A DNA stretch of 64,000 bases from positions 3,944 through 67,943 of the IMG/VR virus record IMGVR_UViG_3300025728_000145; one strand, given 5' to 3'. Origin of the DNA: a virus. The notes beneath the pieces are model-generated. The model ran no database searches. It was not told the DNA's origin and saw nothing but the letters and a program-made list of their open reading frames with translations. How positions within the stretch are numbered: the first letter of the stretch is position 1; each line of letters begins with the position of its first letter. The position numbers were made by a program, and so were the translations under genes. This document shows, piece after piece, positions 22,746 to 35,709 of this stretch.

Positions 22746-25700
22746 ATGTCAAGGGAAATCATAGACTAACTAAGGAGTGGACATGAGAATCGATCTTCGT
22801 AAAATCAAAAAGCCCAAGGGATACACGGACCTGAAGCAGACCCTATCGGTTGATCTTCCGGGTGGAGACCTGATCTACGTACAAGAGGGTCAAGTAATTT
22901 TTGCCGGGATACCGGGAGAGTACGTGGGAATTGAAGAGTGGAAGGTAGAAGCCTTTGTAGAACTCTGGATGGAACGTCGTAGGGCTGAGCAGGAGGGGAA
23001 GTAAATGGCACACAAAGCAGCAAAAGGATGGTCTTGCGCTGAACCGGAATGCAGGAGTTTCAGTGGAGTTGGCCCATGTCAATTCCCCACAGGAGACTTC
23101 ACGGTTTCCATGAAGCAGAGTGAGCTTGACGCTCTGATCGCTGAGAAGGTGAAGGAAGAGCGGAACAAGCTCTACACTCGTAAAGACATGGACTTCATCT
23201 ACGAAGTGGGCAAGCGTGAAGGTTGGGACGAAGGCTACGATGCCTCTTACCAAGGAAAACAACGCCACAGCCCCTACAAACAATACTAAGGAGACCTACC
23301 CGTGGAAGAGCTAGAGCGCCTTAAGAAGATCGAACAACGTCTTCTCGAAAGCCTGAAGATCAAGAGGGAAGATCACGATGAGATGTTTGGAGTACTCCAG
23401 CGCATGTCAACGGAAGACTACAATGGTGAGGCAGGTAGGGACATGAGATACTACCTGACCCAGAACACGGTTGAGGTCACCAACTTGGCCTACTATCTGG
23501 ACTTCGACTTGGAGAACAGCATCGGATTCAAACACTAAGGAGAAGCAATGACACTCAAAGTAAAGGTACGACAGACCATCGAATTCATCGTGGAGGTTGA
23601 TGATAGTGATCCTTTCGAGGTGGAGAGGTTTCACGAGGAACTGAAGAACGGGGAAGTTGACACCAGTCACTATGGTGCTAGCGGGAACTTCGATGTCCTC
23701 CTAACGGAGGTACTGGAAGAAGAGCACCAAACCAACTACGTAATCGGGATGGATAAGGAACGGGAACTCTACCTGTTGCAAGCTGACGGCGTGGATGTCT
23801 TCGCCAACCGAAGCCACAACGAGGTGGTACGTGAATGGGGACGGCGAACAAACAACGAGGTGACTTTCACTACGGACGCTGCCGAGTCTTGGAACAGGAA
23901 CAACAGTGTATGGTTCGACTACGGAGACCCGGACAGGTCTTGGGACTTGCTCAAGGCACGTCAGGACAAGAAGGAGGCTGAGGATGGATAAGGATACTGC
24001 TGTGAAGCTCTGGGAGGACACTGTAGGTGACTCCGGTGCTGCCCCGACAGACGAAGAGCTTCTGGACTATGCGAGAGCCGTAGAGAGTACTGGAACAGTC
24101 TCGGATGCATCCCGGATTGTGAAGGAAGTCCAAGAGTTGGCTGCAAGTAAGAGGGAGGATGCTGAATGCCTGTGGAGACTGATCAGGATTGAGGCCGGAA
24201 CTCCCTTGGCCGAAGACCTGAAGAAACTGGCACGGAGTCTGGATGACGCGGCCCTTGAACTGGAAGACATTCTGAAGGGGGAAGGATGAGTTGTAAAGCT
24301 AGCCACGACAACGCCCGTGAAGGAACCTGCCATCTTGTGGAAGGACACTCCGGGGACCACCAAGCGTACGGGAGGTGGGGCATAGGGGATAAGTTCTTCT
24401 GGCCCAACGTTGACAAACTCGTGATCGTGATGGATGATGATACTGTAAAGCTTGCTGCATTGGCACTGTTCTACCGTCACGCTAAGAAAGGCGAGAAATG
24501 GGACGCGGAGTCAAAGGCAAGACAGGAAGAGATTCTGGGAGATGCACGTTGTGTTCTGGAAGCTGCTACAGGATTTGGAAAGGTGAGAGATGATTGAGTA
24601 CCAGCTTAAGATAAAGTTTTTGAAACTAGGTGCCCTGTTTTTGGCAATGGTGGCTATATTCTGCGTTGCAGGTTCCGTCCCGTTTATTCCGGTAACCGTC
24701 TTTGTAATTGCTGCGATACTGGTTCTTAGTACAGTAGCCTTCGTTTGTTTGAATTAAGGAGAAAATAATGACTGAATACCCAGCACAGAAGATTCGCCTG
24801 ATGGTGAAAGCATACCGTGACATGCTCGAATACATCGACCGATGGGACCGGGATGAGTCCAGAAGGGCTGATGAGTTAGGCATGATTGCTGCACTGGAAG
24901 CTGCCGAGAAGTACGATGAGAATCCTGTCAAGGCCAAGGCTGACATGATCTCTATGCTTGAAGTGAAGATCCGTGACGAAGAGAAGAAGATCAAAGGTTG
25001 GCAGACCCGGATCAAGGGTGCAGTGGATACGGGTGATTATGGCTCTGCCGCGTCGTTGAAAAAGTTTATCGGCTGGGCTGAGGCGGAGATTGCCAAGTAC
25101 AAGCGCGAAGTGGAGTTCATGCGTGCCGGGTAGGTTCAAGATCGTCATCGGGGTAACCCGGATCGAAGACCTTGAATCTGATGGGGACATTGTGATAGGC
25201 TATGATCATAAGCCACTACTTGAAGTGGACTGGGGCGAGACCACCGACGAAATGTTGGAAGAAGCTCTAGAGGGATTACTTGATGAGATAAGGAGAAGGA
25301 AATGACTGCTGTAGAGGTTCCGAATTGGGTGGGCGCATTGAAGCGTGACGTGGAAGAGCAGAGCGGGGAGGTTGGCTCACACACGGACGGAAAGGTTCAG
25401 GTAATCATCAAAGGGGAAGCTGAGGTTGCCGCAGTGATACTGGCCCTTGAGGTGCTGGATCGTCTGAGGGATGAGAAGGAGATCCGGGAGTTCAACGTTA
25501 ACCAGATTGCCAAGCAGATCAATGAAGGTCAGGGCTTCAACGAACTGAGTCAAGGAGTTCTGGAACGCTTCGGTCGTGACCTGTCCATGATCCGAGTACT
25601 GTTGGAGGGGAAGTAATGATTGAAAAGTTTGTAAAGCCTGTCGAAGAACTCAACTACCTTCCGTTGAAGGAGGACATGTCCATCCACTTTGAAGAGGACA

Positions 25701-28700
25701 CCACCGTGACAGTGATGGACGGTGAGGTGATCTTCTACATCGGGGATACCATGATGCGGATTCCGGAGTACATCGTGTCAGAGGTCTCGTGTCGAATTGC
25801 ACAGCAACGTGTGCTAGAGTTCATGAAGAAGCAGAAGATCATCAAGGACGAGAAGGAGAAAGCAGATGGCTAAGTTTGACAACGCGACTGTAACTGACAT
25901 GGTTTCGCAGACCGAGACACCGGCAGCAGACTATGTGGTCTACGACTCTGAGAAAGAAATCGAGTTGATCCATGACGCCCTTGTAATTGCCCGTAGGTTG
26001 GAGAAGGCCGTTATTATCAAAACGGATTACCTCAGGACTCTGACTGACTCTGAAGTTAATGAGTCCATGTTGCACAACCTGATTCTAGAAATCAATCTCT
26101 TGAAAGGAATACTCAATGGCTAGCATGATCAAGCCCTTGGACGGGGCTGAGGCGGCTCTGATAGAGGCTCAGAAGGCCGGGATTGATACGCCTGTCCGGA
26201 TGACTATCGGAGAGGTTGCAGTGTCCCTGAAGGCCGTGCGTGTGCTTCGGAACATGCAATACGAGATCGAGAGTCGGGCCAAGTATGTCCGGCAGGTTGG
26301 GGAAAAGCTGGCATCCGGGGAGTTCGTCGGCGGGGGTTCACTGGAACTCATGAAAGAGTTCTCGGAAGACATCAGGATCATGAAGGAGATGCTTGATGTC
26401 TAACTACAAAGTAGAGATGCGCTCGAAGAGGGCGCAGATCTCCGCGACCGACTGGATGGAATGGTCTGACTGGTATCTCGTATTTGAATTCCTCAAACTG
26501 GAAGCTGCGTCATCCTACATCGAGACTCAACAGAACTCAGACCTGTACAGTTCCGTAGAACGTGAATACCGTATTGTCATGCGGGACGGGAGTATCTTCA
26601 CGCCTAAGCCTCTAAAGAAGAAGAGCGCGGAAGAGAAGATTCGTGCTATCGTATCTGGTGGAAACCGTTCGCACATGCTGGACCTGACGTTTGTCGAGAT
26701 GCAAGAGATTGTGGCTGCTCTGGATGCGAAGCTCAGGATGGAAGAACAACTCCGTGAAATGACTGAAGCAAAGAAGCGCACTGTCCGGATGTACGGCGAC
26801 CTGATAAAGTCTTCGGATGATCCTACCCGGATTGCACGCCTTGACGGAAAGATGCTGGCCTATACACGAGTAACAGAACAATTGGAGGCAATCCGTAATG
26901 GGGAAGACTGGACAGCCTAGCATTTACGGTAAGCTCAAAGCGGCAACGTCGATGGCATTGGAAGTGAAGCTGTCGTGTCAGGAGGCCATGGAAGCTAGGA
27001 TCGCCTTTGAGACAGTGGAGCGGTTGAAGACGAAGCTGGAAGAGACGAAGACACAAATAGCTCAGAACCAGCACGACTATGAGTTTGACTCCAGTGACGA
27101 CGTAAAGATTGATCTCAGGGAAGAGCTAATGATTCTGGAGGACATTAAGGATACACTGGAAGGGGTACTGGGTGGCTGAGGTTTTGGAAGTCGTATTGCG
27201 TCTGGAGAAGAGGATCAAAGAACTTCACGAAGAGATTGGTGAACGTGAAGAGCAGTGGGCTGTATATGACTCCGAAGGAAAGGCAGAGAGCGCCTACTAC
27301 TGCCGGAAAAGTATTGACGAAGCCCACGGATTGCTGTGGGAACTGGAAAGGATTCTGAATGGAACAGCCTGACTTGAACGACAAGACCGATGAGGAACTG
27401 ATTGCCGAGGTGCAGCGCCGTCTTCCGGGCCTGTGGAATGTGGGTGTGCTGGCTGCACGAGACATGGAATACTGGGACGAAGAGTTGGCGAAAGGAAATA
27501 TCGGTTCCTTCACCTACGGGTCTGCCACGTCTGACTCGTACAGTGAATGGGACAGGGGAGGTTACCTTCACTCTTGGCTCTCAAAGTACTCCCGTGAACT
27601 GGAAGAGGGAGTGGAGGGTGTGCGGGAGAAGCTTGTTGAAAAACTTGAAGAGATGGATAAACTAACTGAGTCTGGATGCAGATTCAATCCTGTGGTAGAG
27701 TATCGACTACAGGCTAAATACTTGGATGGGGAATGGGGAGGCGAGATGGTAAATAAGGAAACGTTTCCGACTGTCGAAGCTGCCGAAGAACAAATCAAGG
27801 TAGAGCAAGAGTTCGATAAGAAGAATCTGGTCACTGGGTTTGAGTACCGGGTGATCCCTAGCCATGGAGGGTACGATGGGTGAGTACACGGAGAACTTCA
27901 TCACTGACCTGCGTAAAGCGGCGAGGGTTGTCCAAGGTCTGAAGGATGAGAAAGCTGTTCTCTTGGAAGAACTTGCTGTGCGTCAACGTGAAGCTGAAGA
28001 AGCCAGTGACCGTATTGATGGCATGAACCGGAAGGTTGATGACTACATGGACCTGACTGTTGCCTCACAGCTGATTCGGGCCATTGAGGCTGAGGTAGCG
28101 AAGATCGACTATTGGTTGGGGAAGGGTGAAGTGGATGGGCTTTGACGCTGCACAACTTTTGGAGTCGGGAAATGAGTTCACGGTGCTCTTCCGGTGGAAG
28201 CGTCCCAATGAGGAATGGTCCGAGTGGGGATTCTCTGACAAGGGGCCGGAGGCAGAGGTTACTCACCAGATGTACAAGGACATTGCCAAGGACCGACTAT
28301 GGATGGCCCTGAACCCTGATAGGGTCGAGAAGATGGAGTACCGGATGGTCGATCCGGACGGTGATGTTGTTGATGAATGGAGAAGTTGAGGGAGATGAGG
28401 ACTGATGCTGTATAGGATTGAAGGACGATACGTCGATGATGAACCGGGTGTGTGGTCAGAGGGCTACGTCTACACAGGAGACGGGGTGACCTTGGAAAAG
28501 GCTGAGGCGTTGATTGAATCAGAGAAGGCATTCGACTCCCTGAACGGAATGTACGGAGCCTACGAGTACAGGGCGGTGGAAATCGATGAGTGAGCTTAGC
28601 CTGATAGAGCGCGTGGCGCTGGCTGCTGAGGATGGGGAACACTATGAGGTGCACCTGACAGAGGTAGGAGAAGTGCTAGAGGCTCTGAGGATTGTCCGTG

Positions 28701-31209
28701 GACTTAAGAAACGTCTTGCTGATAAGAAGGAGTCCCTGAGGATTACCACTGAGGCATACGAGGTAATGATGGGCCGTAAGGCTGATGTAGCTGTCAGGTC
28801 GTATCTGGTACTGATTTCCGGTCTTCAGGATGAAATCCGGAGTCTGGAAGTTTTGCTGGACTGGAGTTGGGAAGTAAACAATGGGTGAGCATGAGAGGGC
28901 GTTTTATTCGGAGTACCGGACGATGATTCCTCGTAATCCATCGGGTGGCTGGTTTCGGCTGGGAGGCACGTCTCCCGTAACTTATCAGGAGGCATGTGCT
29001 GAAGTTCTAGCTGAGATGGAAGATGATAAGACCTCAAGTAGCCTGCATAGATACATTTACCGTATCGTGGACACAAAAGGTCTTGTGGTGATGACGGGAT
29101 CGGAGTTGACCGAGTCGGTGAACCCTGTGACGGGCCGGGACTGGGAGGCGGAAGGGATGACGGAATCGGAGATCCTTCGACGGTGGAAGATTGTGGATTC
29201 TCTTATTGAAGAGCATGACAACGCTGTGGCTGAAGAAAAAGAAGCTGAAGATCAGGTAAGGAAAGCTGTTGAGAACGAAAACTGGTATGCCGTAAAGTTT
29301 TTCAACCAACGTAGGGCGATCCGTAGTAAGACTGTCTCTGACCTAAAAGTTTACCTGACGGCAGGTGACGAGTAGTGAGGTGGGGTGTGTTCTACGCATG
29401 GGTGACCGAATATCCAGATGAAGCTGAGGCTCGTCGGCAGTTGTGGTTCGCCCAAATGGACGTACCTGCTGTTCTGGTGTACGATGAAGGGAAAGGCTGG
29501 ACAGGGATGAACGGCGAGCCTATCGTAGAAGAGAGGAAGCCTCATTGGTTGATGGAGAAAGGAAAAGAAGCATGAGTGTGACATGGCAGACGAACATCGA
29601 AGGTAACAGCTTCTTTACTGCTGCCACCACGGAGATGACCAAGGAGGGATACCGTAAAGACCCTGAATGGCTCCAGACACAGGCTACGTTGGCCGTAGCG
29701 GTTGAAGTGGGCAAGCTGGTCGATGCAATGCATAACAACGCGCGTACAGGGCACCTGATCGCTTTGCTGGACAAGCCGGGAGTGACGGCAGACGTTCGAC
29801 GGGCGATCCTTGAGGTTGTCTATGATCGTCTTGAAATTACGGTGGGTAAGACGAATGTCTAAGATTACAGAGAGGAATACCAATCTCAAGCTTGCCCTTG
29901 CAGCGACAGATTACAACAGCAGTATGTCCTATTGTGCAATTGCTCAGGTCTATGAGACTGGACGAGTAGTTGATGCGACTACTAGAGTGGCTGACGAGAC
30001 GGCGAGGCTTGCTGACGCTACAGAGTTTGGCGCAATGATAGAGTATGTACGAGTGTTAAAAGATTTGAACAACGTGGGCATGGTATCCGATCAGAGGGTG
30101 CTGGAAGTTTCCGAAGCGTTGACGAAACGATTTGAAAGGATTATGGGATGAACACGAACAGTGTAGTCATTGAGGAATGGTCGGACGATCCGGCTGAGGG
30201 ACGGTCGGAATGGGATTGGCCGTACCCGACGAAGTATCAGGTATGCCTGATCACAGGAGAGTTGGCAGACAAGGTACGCGAACGTCTGGACTTGGATGAC
30301 AGTGTTCCGGTCCACATCAAGGAAGAAGTCGTCAGCGGAGGATGGTCCGAGTACACACAGGAGAACGACTACTACCACACGCTGGAGGTCGGAGGTCAGG
30401 AGATCACTCTGAGAGGTGACGACTACGGGAACGGATTGAACTCCCTTTTGGAATGGTTGGACTCCGATGAAGGATGACGTGGCGGAAGCCTTTGAGGTGA
30501 TCATCCGTCATGGGAAGATCGTGTCTGCCATGGAGGCGGAAGTGGCTCAGTTGAAGGCTGAACGTAAAAAGTTTGAAGACGAGATGGACGTTACTCCGGT
30601 GTCGAACTGGCTGAAGATGGGAATCCTGTCGGACATGATGGACAGGGTTGATGGGAAGATTGAAGCTGTGGAGAAGTGGCTGAAGAAGGGAGAGGACTGA
30701 TGGGTGCTTTGGGATATAATGAGGCCGTAGATGAGCTTGTAGAGGCACAGAGGGTTGATCCTGAGAGGGAGGTCGAACTGTACTTTATTGAGGGTGGTCG
30801 ATGGTTTGAGTTGACGTTCATCCCGGAAGATGAAGAGACCCGTCAGTTCATCGAGGGCTATGTTAAAGTAAGTACAATGGGTACGTGGTTGGATAGTTGT
30901 GAGTTCTCTGCGTTGGAGATTGATGAGTTGAAGGAATGGGTTTCCGAGGTCGTAAGGGATTCGTATGCCGGTAAGTAAGGAATACGATCTTGAAACGATG
31001 GACGAGAAGGAAACGCGACGGCTCATGCACGTTCTCCGGGCGAGGATGAGTCGCCGGTACACCCGATATGCCAGCCTGAATTCGGATGGTGATCCGAGGG
31101 CTGAGGCCGTTCTGGAAGACTACCGGAGGATTGCTGCGGAGCATGTAGTGGTCGAAAGTGCTTTGGGAGACTGGTGTGTGAAGCTCTATGGGAGTCGTGG
31201 GCCGTACCG

Positions 31210-31320
31210 ATGACAGCGCGTGATGGACGTAAAATGTGCTTTCTCCTTGGGCATGTCTGGGGAGGACGTGACTTGATGGGACGTACTTTCTGTTCCCGAT
31301 GCGGGAAGCGGGTCGGGTGA
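31210..31320 (+). CDS. Small Zn-finger protein, DUF1660-like (36 aa, not in ORF track)
   Basis: MTARDGRKMCFLLGHVWGGRDLMGRTFCSRCGKRVG; C-x3-GHxW...CxRCG; ATGA overlap with the preceding gene. Confidence 0.6.
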   Translation: MTARDGRKMCFLLGHVWGGRDLMGRTFCSRCGKRVG

Positions 31321-31322
31321 CC

Positions 31323-31343
31323 TGTGGATAAAGCTGTGGATAA
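31323..31343 (-). promoter_or_regulatory. Two tandem consensus DnaA boxes
   Basis: TGTGGATAA at 31323-31331 and 31335-31343 (TTATCCACA on the minus strand). Confidence 0.65.
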
Positions 31344-31383
31344 CTCTTGACAAAAGGTGTAAAGTCCTGTGTCAAGAGTTATC
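31339..31383. repeat. Perfect 14-bp inverted repeat
   Basis: GATAACTCTTGACA-17 nt-TGTCAAGAGTTATC. Confidence 0.85.
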
Positions 31384-31915
31384 TTTTGAGTGGTGAGAAA
31401 GCGTTTTCTGGAGAGGGTATTTTTGAAAAAATCGAAGAGGCAAATACAAAAAACCAAAAACGGGCAATGGGAAGTAGAGGGTTTGGTCCGTTTTCGAGGC
31501 GTGGTTCGGAGTGGTGTTTGAGGGTGGTTGATCTTTAAATTCGATACGTATATGGTCGAGGGGTCGTATGTCTGCTTCCCATTGGACACTTTTGATTTTT
31601 TCAGAAGGGGGGTCTTGGGAAGGGGCTTGGATCGTTGAGTTCTAGGGGTTTTTGATGGTAGATGTTGGTTTCTAATTACTAACTTTTTTTTTCTATTGAG
31701 AGATTCATAGAGAGAAAAGAGAGAATACGGCAAGGGCCATGCCATATGTGGGCATTTCTACCCTATAGAGCTGTGGGTCAAAATAAAAAGTTTGTAAGAG
31801 GGGGTCAGGTGGAGAGGTGTCTGATGACGGTGTTCGAGGGTTGCTTGCTTGGGTTTCATAGTGTAGTGTAGTATACGGGTTTGCCTTTGGTGCGTATCTC
31901 TGCTATAATAGATAT

Positions 31916-32320
31916 ATGAACAAGACAGTAGTAGAGATCGTAGAAGACCGTATCGAGAAGAAGGCTGTGTCGATTGACAAAGACACGAAGAGCAATGAGA
32001 ACCTTCAATTGCAGATCGACTTGTACAATGCGTCCATTGCCAAAAAGAAAGCTGGGATTGAGCAGAAGCTCTCCGAGATTGAAGAGTTGAAAGAGCTTCG
32101 GGATGAAGCTGTTGTCCTGCTGAAGAAAGCCGATGACATTCTGGAGTACACGAACTTCCTTCGGGCCAAGTACGATGCCATCGAGTGGAGTCCGGACATG
32201 CCATTCGAAGATAAGATTGAGAGTTCGGATTACGCGGTCAAGACCAAGGAACGGTTCGAGTACGTGGATCGATTGGCCGAGATTGAGAAGGCCGCGAACA
32301 AGATTTACTACCGGAGATAG
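31916..32320 (+). CDS. Coiled-coil protein, leaderless
   Basis: TTGCCT..TGcTATAAT directly followed 6 nt later by ATG. Confidence 0.8.
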   Translation: MNKTVVEIVEDRIEKKAVSIDKDTKSNENLQLQIDLYNASIAKKKAGIEQKLSEIEELKELRDEAVVLLKKADDILEYTNFLRAKYDAIEWSPDMPFEDKIESSDYAVKTKERFEYVDRLAEIEKAANKIYYRR

Positions 32321-33139
32321 GTTATTGGATTGAAGAAATTTGTTGATGCGCTGTGGTCCTTGAATGCCAAGGAAATTCACACGGCTGCTCGCAAGGAAGC
32401 TAGCCGTCAAGTGGGTGAGATGGTCAAGTGGAGAGACTTGCACTTGAAGTTTGACCCGGATGACGTGCTGTGGGTGTATCAGGACTTGTTCCCGCTGGTC
32501 AAGAAAGCGGAAAGATACCGGTCGAGGATTTATAACCGGACCCGTGAGATTGAGGAACTACAGTACCAGATCAAGGTAGCTCAGGCTAATCAAGATCGAG
32601 GTAAGATTGAGCTTTTCAATAGCAAGTGGGCTGATCTGGAAATGGAGCAGTATGGGTACTGCTGGAAGATCATGAAGATTTACTGTGTTGTCCGAGAGAA
32701 GGTGATCCTTACGGTAGGCGAGGGTGAGGATCAGGTGTTCAAGGAATTTGAGTATGATCCAGAGAAGTTTGGATAGGGAAGAGAATTGATGAATGATGCA
32801 ATGGTGAAGCGGCGCGAGATGGCCAAGGAGTTTCCTAGGTTGTCACGGGTGTTGTTTGTGATTGGGATTGTGCTGGCAGTGTTTGCCATGGGAAGTCTGT
32901 GCGTGTTCCTGCTGCACATGGGAGTGTGGCCCTATGTGGTGTTCTTCTTGGGTTCTTGGTGGTTGTTCTACCTTGTAGGGCAGAGTGCCGTAGATTGGGC
33001 TGTGTTGTTTGGTCCGGATCGGTCGCACAGTGTGCAGAATGTGGTTGTGAATGTTCATCCGGTGGATGAAGAGACACGGATCACTCAGGAAGACTTGGAC
33101 AAACTTGCGGATCGGCTGGGAAGCTGATACAATAGAGTG

Positions 33140-33253
33140 GTACGGTCGTTTCGGCCACTACGCCTCCTACTAGAGCGGTAAATCCTCTAGAACCTGTTGT
33201 GTTGAACTCTACGGAGTCCCGAAAGGGAGCACAGGTTCTAGGGGATTTGCTGT
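33140..33253 (+). ncRNA. Candidate structured ncRNA (three-way junction)
   Basis: Promoter TTGCGG-17-TACAAT; 23-bp stem (33175-97/33231-53, 4 G-U) enclosing cUACGg and cGAAAg tetraloop hairpins; no ORF. Confidence 0.6.
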
Positions 33254-35709
33254 TTGTGGGGGAGTATGTTAGGCTAAGGCTATGAAAACTATAAAGAACG
33301 TAATCGCAGGGATCATATCTCTTGTCCTGATTGGACTCGCTGTTGTCATGTGGGTTGTTGCGGCAACCTCAGGAATGTATCCACACATGATCTTCGTGTG
33401 CTGTGCTGTTACTGTCGTAGCCTTGGGGTTGTCGTGGACTGCCTTTCAAGTTGCTAAACTGTAGACAAGATAGAGAAGGAAAAGGAGAAGGTAATGGACA
33501 TCAAAAACAAGATTGAGTATGTGAAGTACTTCTATCAACCATGGGAAGAGCTTCTGTTCCGGTATGTTCTGGTACTGGACCTTGTAGGTGGTAAGGGGCG
33601 GATGGAGTTCGTTTCCCATAACCTTGACGAAGACGAGTTCTTGGAGCGGTGGGATGGTCTGAAAGATGAGCCTACCCTGAATAGGATAGAGTACTGCTCC
33701 TTCGATGGTCCTGATGATTGGAAGGTTTTCTAGATGTATGAACCGATGACAGAGAAAGAAGCTAAGAGGTTTGTTGCTGGAGTCGTGGGGTTCTTTATTG
33801 TAGCTATTACGATTATGTTCGTGGCCGTTTACAATGTGAGCGTTGCGAATAACCAGCCCAAGTATGATCGATGCACGGATGCAGGAGGTGTGGTCATGAA
33901 GGTGATCACCACTGTAGGTGCAGGAGGCAAGCTGGTCTGTGTGGACGAGAAGGCTCTTCTGGATGTTGACTTTGGTGATGGCAAGTGAGGCTAAACCCAA
34001 AGAAGAAGATTCGGAGAGAGGCGGACTGGGACTTGATTGGTCCGGTTGCCTGTCTGGTAATCGTTTCATGTGCATTCTTGGTAATCCTAGGGATTGTGTT
34101 GACTTGAGAAGGATGACAGCAGAGAGGTTAGGATTTTGACTAAGATTCCAGTAGGATTCGAAGTAAATACTCGGTCTGGAGAGCTACCATCAACACCCTA
34201 TGTGAAGCAGGAAGATGGTACGTGGAAGCCGAAGTATGTAAGTGGTAGGCCAACCAGTCCTACTACTCCACCAACAGACTGGGTTGATACATGGGTAACG
34301 ATTACCCCTGAAGCAACCTAAGATTCGGAGAAAATTTTGAAGGAGAATTTGAATGGCAATGAGCAAGGGCGACAAAGCAGTTATTGTTTTGGTGGCTATT
34401 TTGATGACGACGGTGGGTCTGGGGTTACTGTGCATGATGTGGCTATGCGCTATTTCATTGGGCTGGGTTATCGTGAACGTAGTTACTATGGCCTTTACCC
34501 TGCTGACACTGATCGGTCTGTTCTATGGCTGGAAGGTAGTCCTCACTTCTCTGGACTAGGTACAGTTGTTACCAGAGGGTTTGCATTCATCCGGATGTGG
34601 TCCACCCTTATAGGCTGGTCTCCTGCCTATCTGGAGGATGATTGGGAGAAGCCATACTGGCCTGTAAAATATTGTAAGTACACTGCACCGTCTTGGTATG
34701 GGAAGAAGCAGCGGCCTAGGGTTCGGAACTTCTGGAACTCCAAGTTTGATCCATGGTGGTTGTATCCTGTTGAGCATGGTCGGGGTAAGTCCCTTACGGA
34801 TTCTCTGTATGCAGGTGCAGGGTACAATGCCTACTCTGCGCGTAAAAAGTTTATGGGTAGGTTTTTATTTGGATATGACACCATCGGATCTTTTCAAATC
34901 AGCGAACCTAATCGCACGAAAGAAATGTACTCGCGCTGGCTTGCTGAAGATCATGGAAGCTAATAACAAAAGATGTCCAGTGTGTGAGAAGCCGGTGTTC
35001 TTTGCCTTGCACGCTCCGCAGGACAGTACACTACATGCGTGCTCGGATATTGACTGTGTGAATGCACACGGGATTGTAGACTGGGGAATGCCGAAAGAGA
35101 AGGAAAAGATGAAAGACATTGATGAGATTCAGGCTAAGAAGCGTCTGGGTGATGTACTGAACATAAAATATTTGAAAGGGAGCCATGAGCCAGACAATCA
35201 AGATTAGGTTGAAAGGGTACGGCGATAACGCACCAATGCGTGAGGTTGCTGAGATTGAAGTACCGCAAGGGTTTGCTTTGATCCAGTCTATGAAGATTGA
35301 GACTGTTGCGGGTAAGCCTTATCTGCTGGACAGTGTGGACATCAAATTTGATACGAGGCCCGTGGCGTAATGAGTGAGATGACTGAGCAAGAACAGGTAA
35401 AGGTTAGGGTCACTCGTGTTGTGGCGGATGCTGTTTATGATGCAACCTTGTACAACTGGTTTGCCCTAATGATAATAGGTATTCTCTTAGCCTTCAGTGT
35501 ATGGCCGTGGATCATTGGATTAGTGGTCCTGTTGAATTGGTTCTCTGCGGAATACTTCAAGGACAAGGCAGTGAAGAAAGCGGTTGACAAACTAATCTAA
35601 TTCGGTATAATAGAGGCATAGCTCTAGGAACCGTTATTTCTAGTGGTTGACACAGCGGTGATATACTATATGTAGTAGACACCAAGAAGTTCAACTCTAG
35701 GAAGTATCC

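Larger units (their letters stand above)
1764..35600 (+). other. Dense co-directional array of over 100 small phage hypothetical/membrane genes
   Basis: Abutting or overlapping + strand ORFs (ATGA/TAATG junctions), AAGGAG RBSs and interspersed sigma-70-type promoters; minus-strand ORFs are antisense shadows. Confidence 0.9.

Noticed and set aside
31023-31745. 240-aa minus-strand ORF across the non-coding region
   Set aside because: Low-complexity K/P/T/H composition arising from base skew; no RBS; overlaps real + genes
33198-33230. Hammerhead ribozyme or tRNA
   Set aside because: Lacks the CUGAUGA core and has no cloverleaf or T-loop GTTCRA
34337-34963. 208-aa + ORF as a single gene
   Set aside because: Its first part overlaps the RBS-led membrane gene 34353..34559 in another frame; a real start is more likely near M at 34595
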